Program-made: the position numbers and the translations under genes
NCBI GenBank assembly: GCA_002269645.1
Contig: NIVC01001185.1
Location: forward strand, 1 to 64,000
Reading direction: 5' to 3'
Source: Macrostomum lignano
Taxonomy: Eukaryota
Length of the DNA: 64,000 nucleotides
Notes under the pieces: model-generated
Seen by the model: the letters and a program-made list of their open reading frames with translations, nothing else
Told to the model about the DNA's origin: nothing
Databases searched by the model: none
Shown here: in pieces, positions 63,801 through 64,000 of the stretch
Layout of the letters: every line of letters starts with the position of its first letter
Numbering within the stretch: position 1 is the stretch's first letter

Positions 63801-63940
63801 ACGGCACTTCTTCATCAATATGGCATATAGTGGCTGCAATAAAGATGCTGGCGTCATGGTGATTTTCGTTCGATCCGATGAATGTGTGTGGGCTCAGACA
63901 GGGGCTAATCGCACGAATCTGCCAAAAATTCTGTTCCGCC
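63801..63940 (+). repeat. Inverted partial duplicate of 62586-62736
   Basis: Reverse-complement match of ~140 bp, reading FFINMAYSGCNKDAGVMVIFVRSDECVWAQTGANRTNLPKILF in frame. Confidence 0.9.
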
Positions 63941-64000
63941 TACATGTACGAGAGCTAAAATACGCCTAACGTGCTGTATGACCTTCAACACTAGCAGATG

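Overview
Eukaryotic (metazoan invertebrate) genomic DNA. It has GT-AG introns, TTAGGG-type repeats and very long (CAGA)n and AG-rich tracts, which is reminiscent of a free-living flatworm such as Macrostomum; that is an inference, not verified. (1) 1-32253: head-to-tail array of 14 non-autonomous Helitron-like units from several subfamilies. They have TC...ACTAAA 5' ends and hairpin+CTCG 3' ends, and 12 of them carry a short (TAACCC)n telomere-type tract. A 3.46-kb P-superfamily (THAP) transposon with 37-bp TIRs and a 7-bp TSD is inserted in unit 6. (2) ~34300-41300 and ~51300-57700: two diverged copies of a two-gene cassette. One gene is a secreted-type ALK/LTK-like glycine-rich gene whose last intron is almost pure (CAGA)n. 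The other is a convergent intronless gene encoding a class I SAM-methyltransferase fold, a long Gln-rich coil and a C-terminal CCRIL (CaaX-like) motif. (3) 41409-49415: a decayed Ngaro/DIRS tyrosine-recombinase retrotransposon containing a solo LTR and a young Ty3/Gypsy element whose open gag-pol frame has no AUG for ~290 codons. (4) 58252-61446: a four-exon CAP/SCP (GAPR-1-like) gene, followed by a SINE-like head and a decayed gene with an inverted partial duplicate. LINE fragments and three period-20 minisatellites are interspersed. Most long ORFs in the supplied track are low-complexity artefacts. All identifications come from motif reading by eye; no database searches were run.
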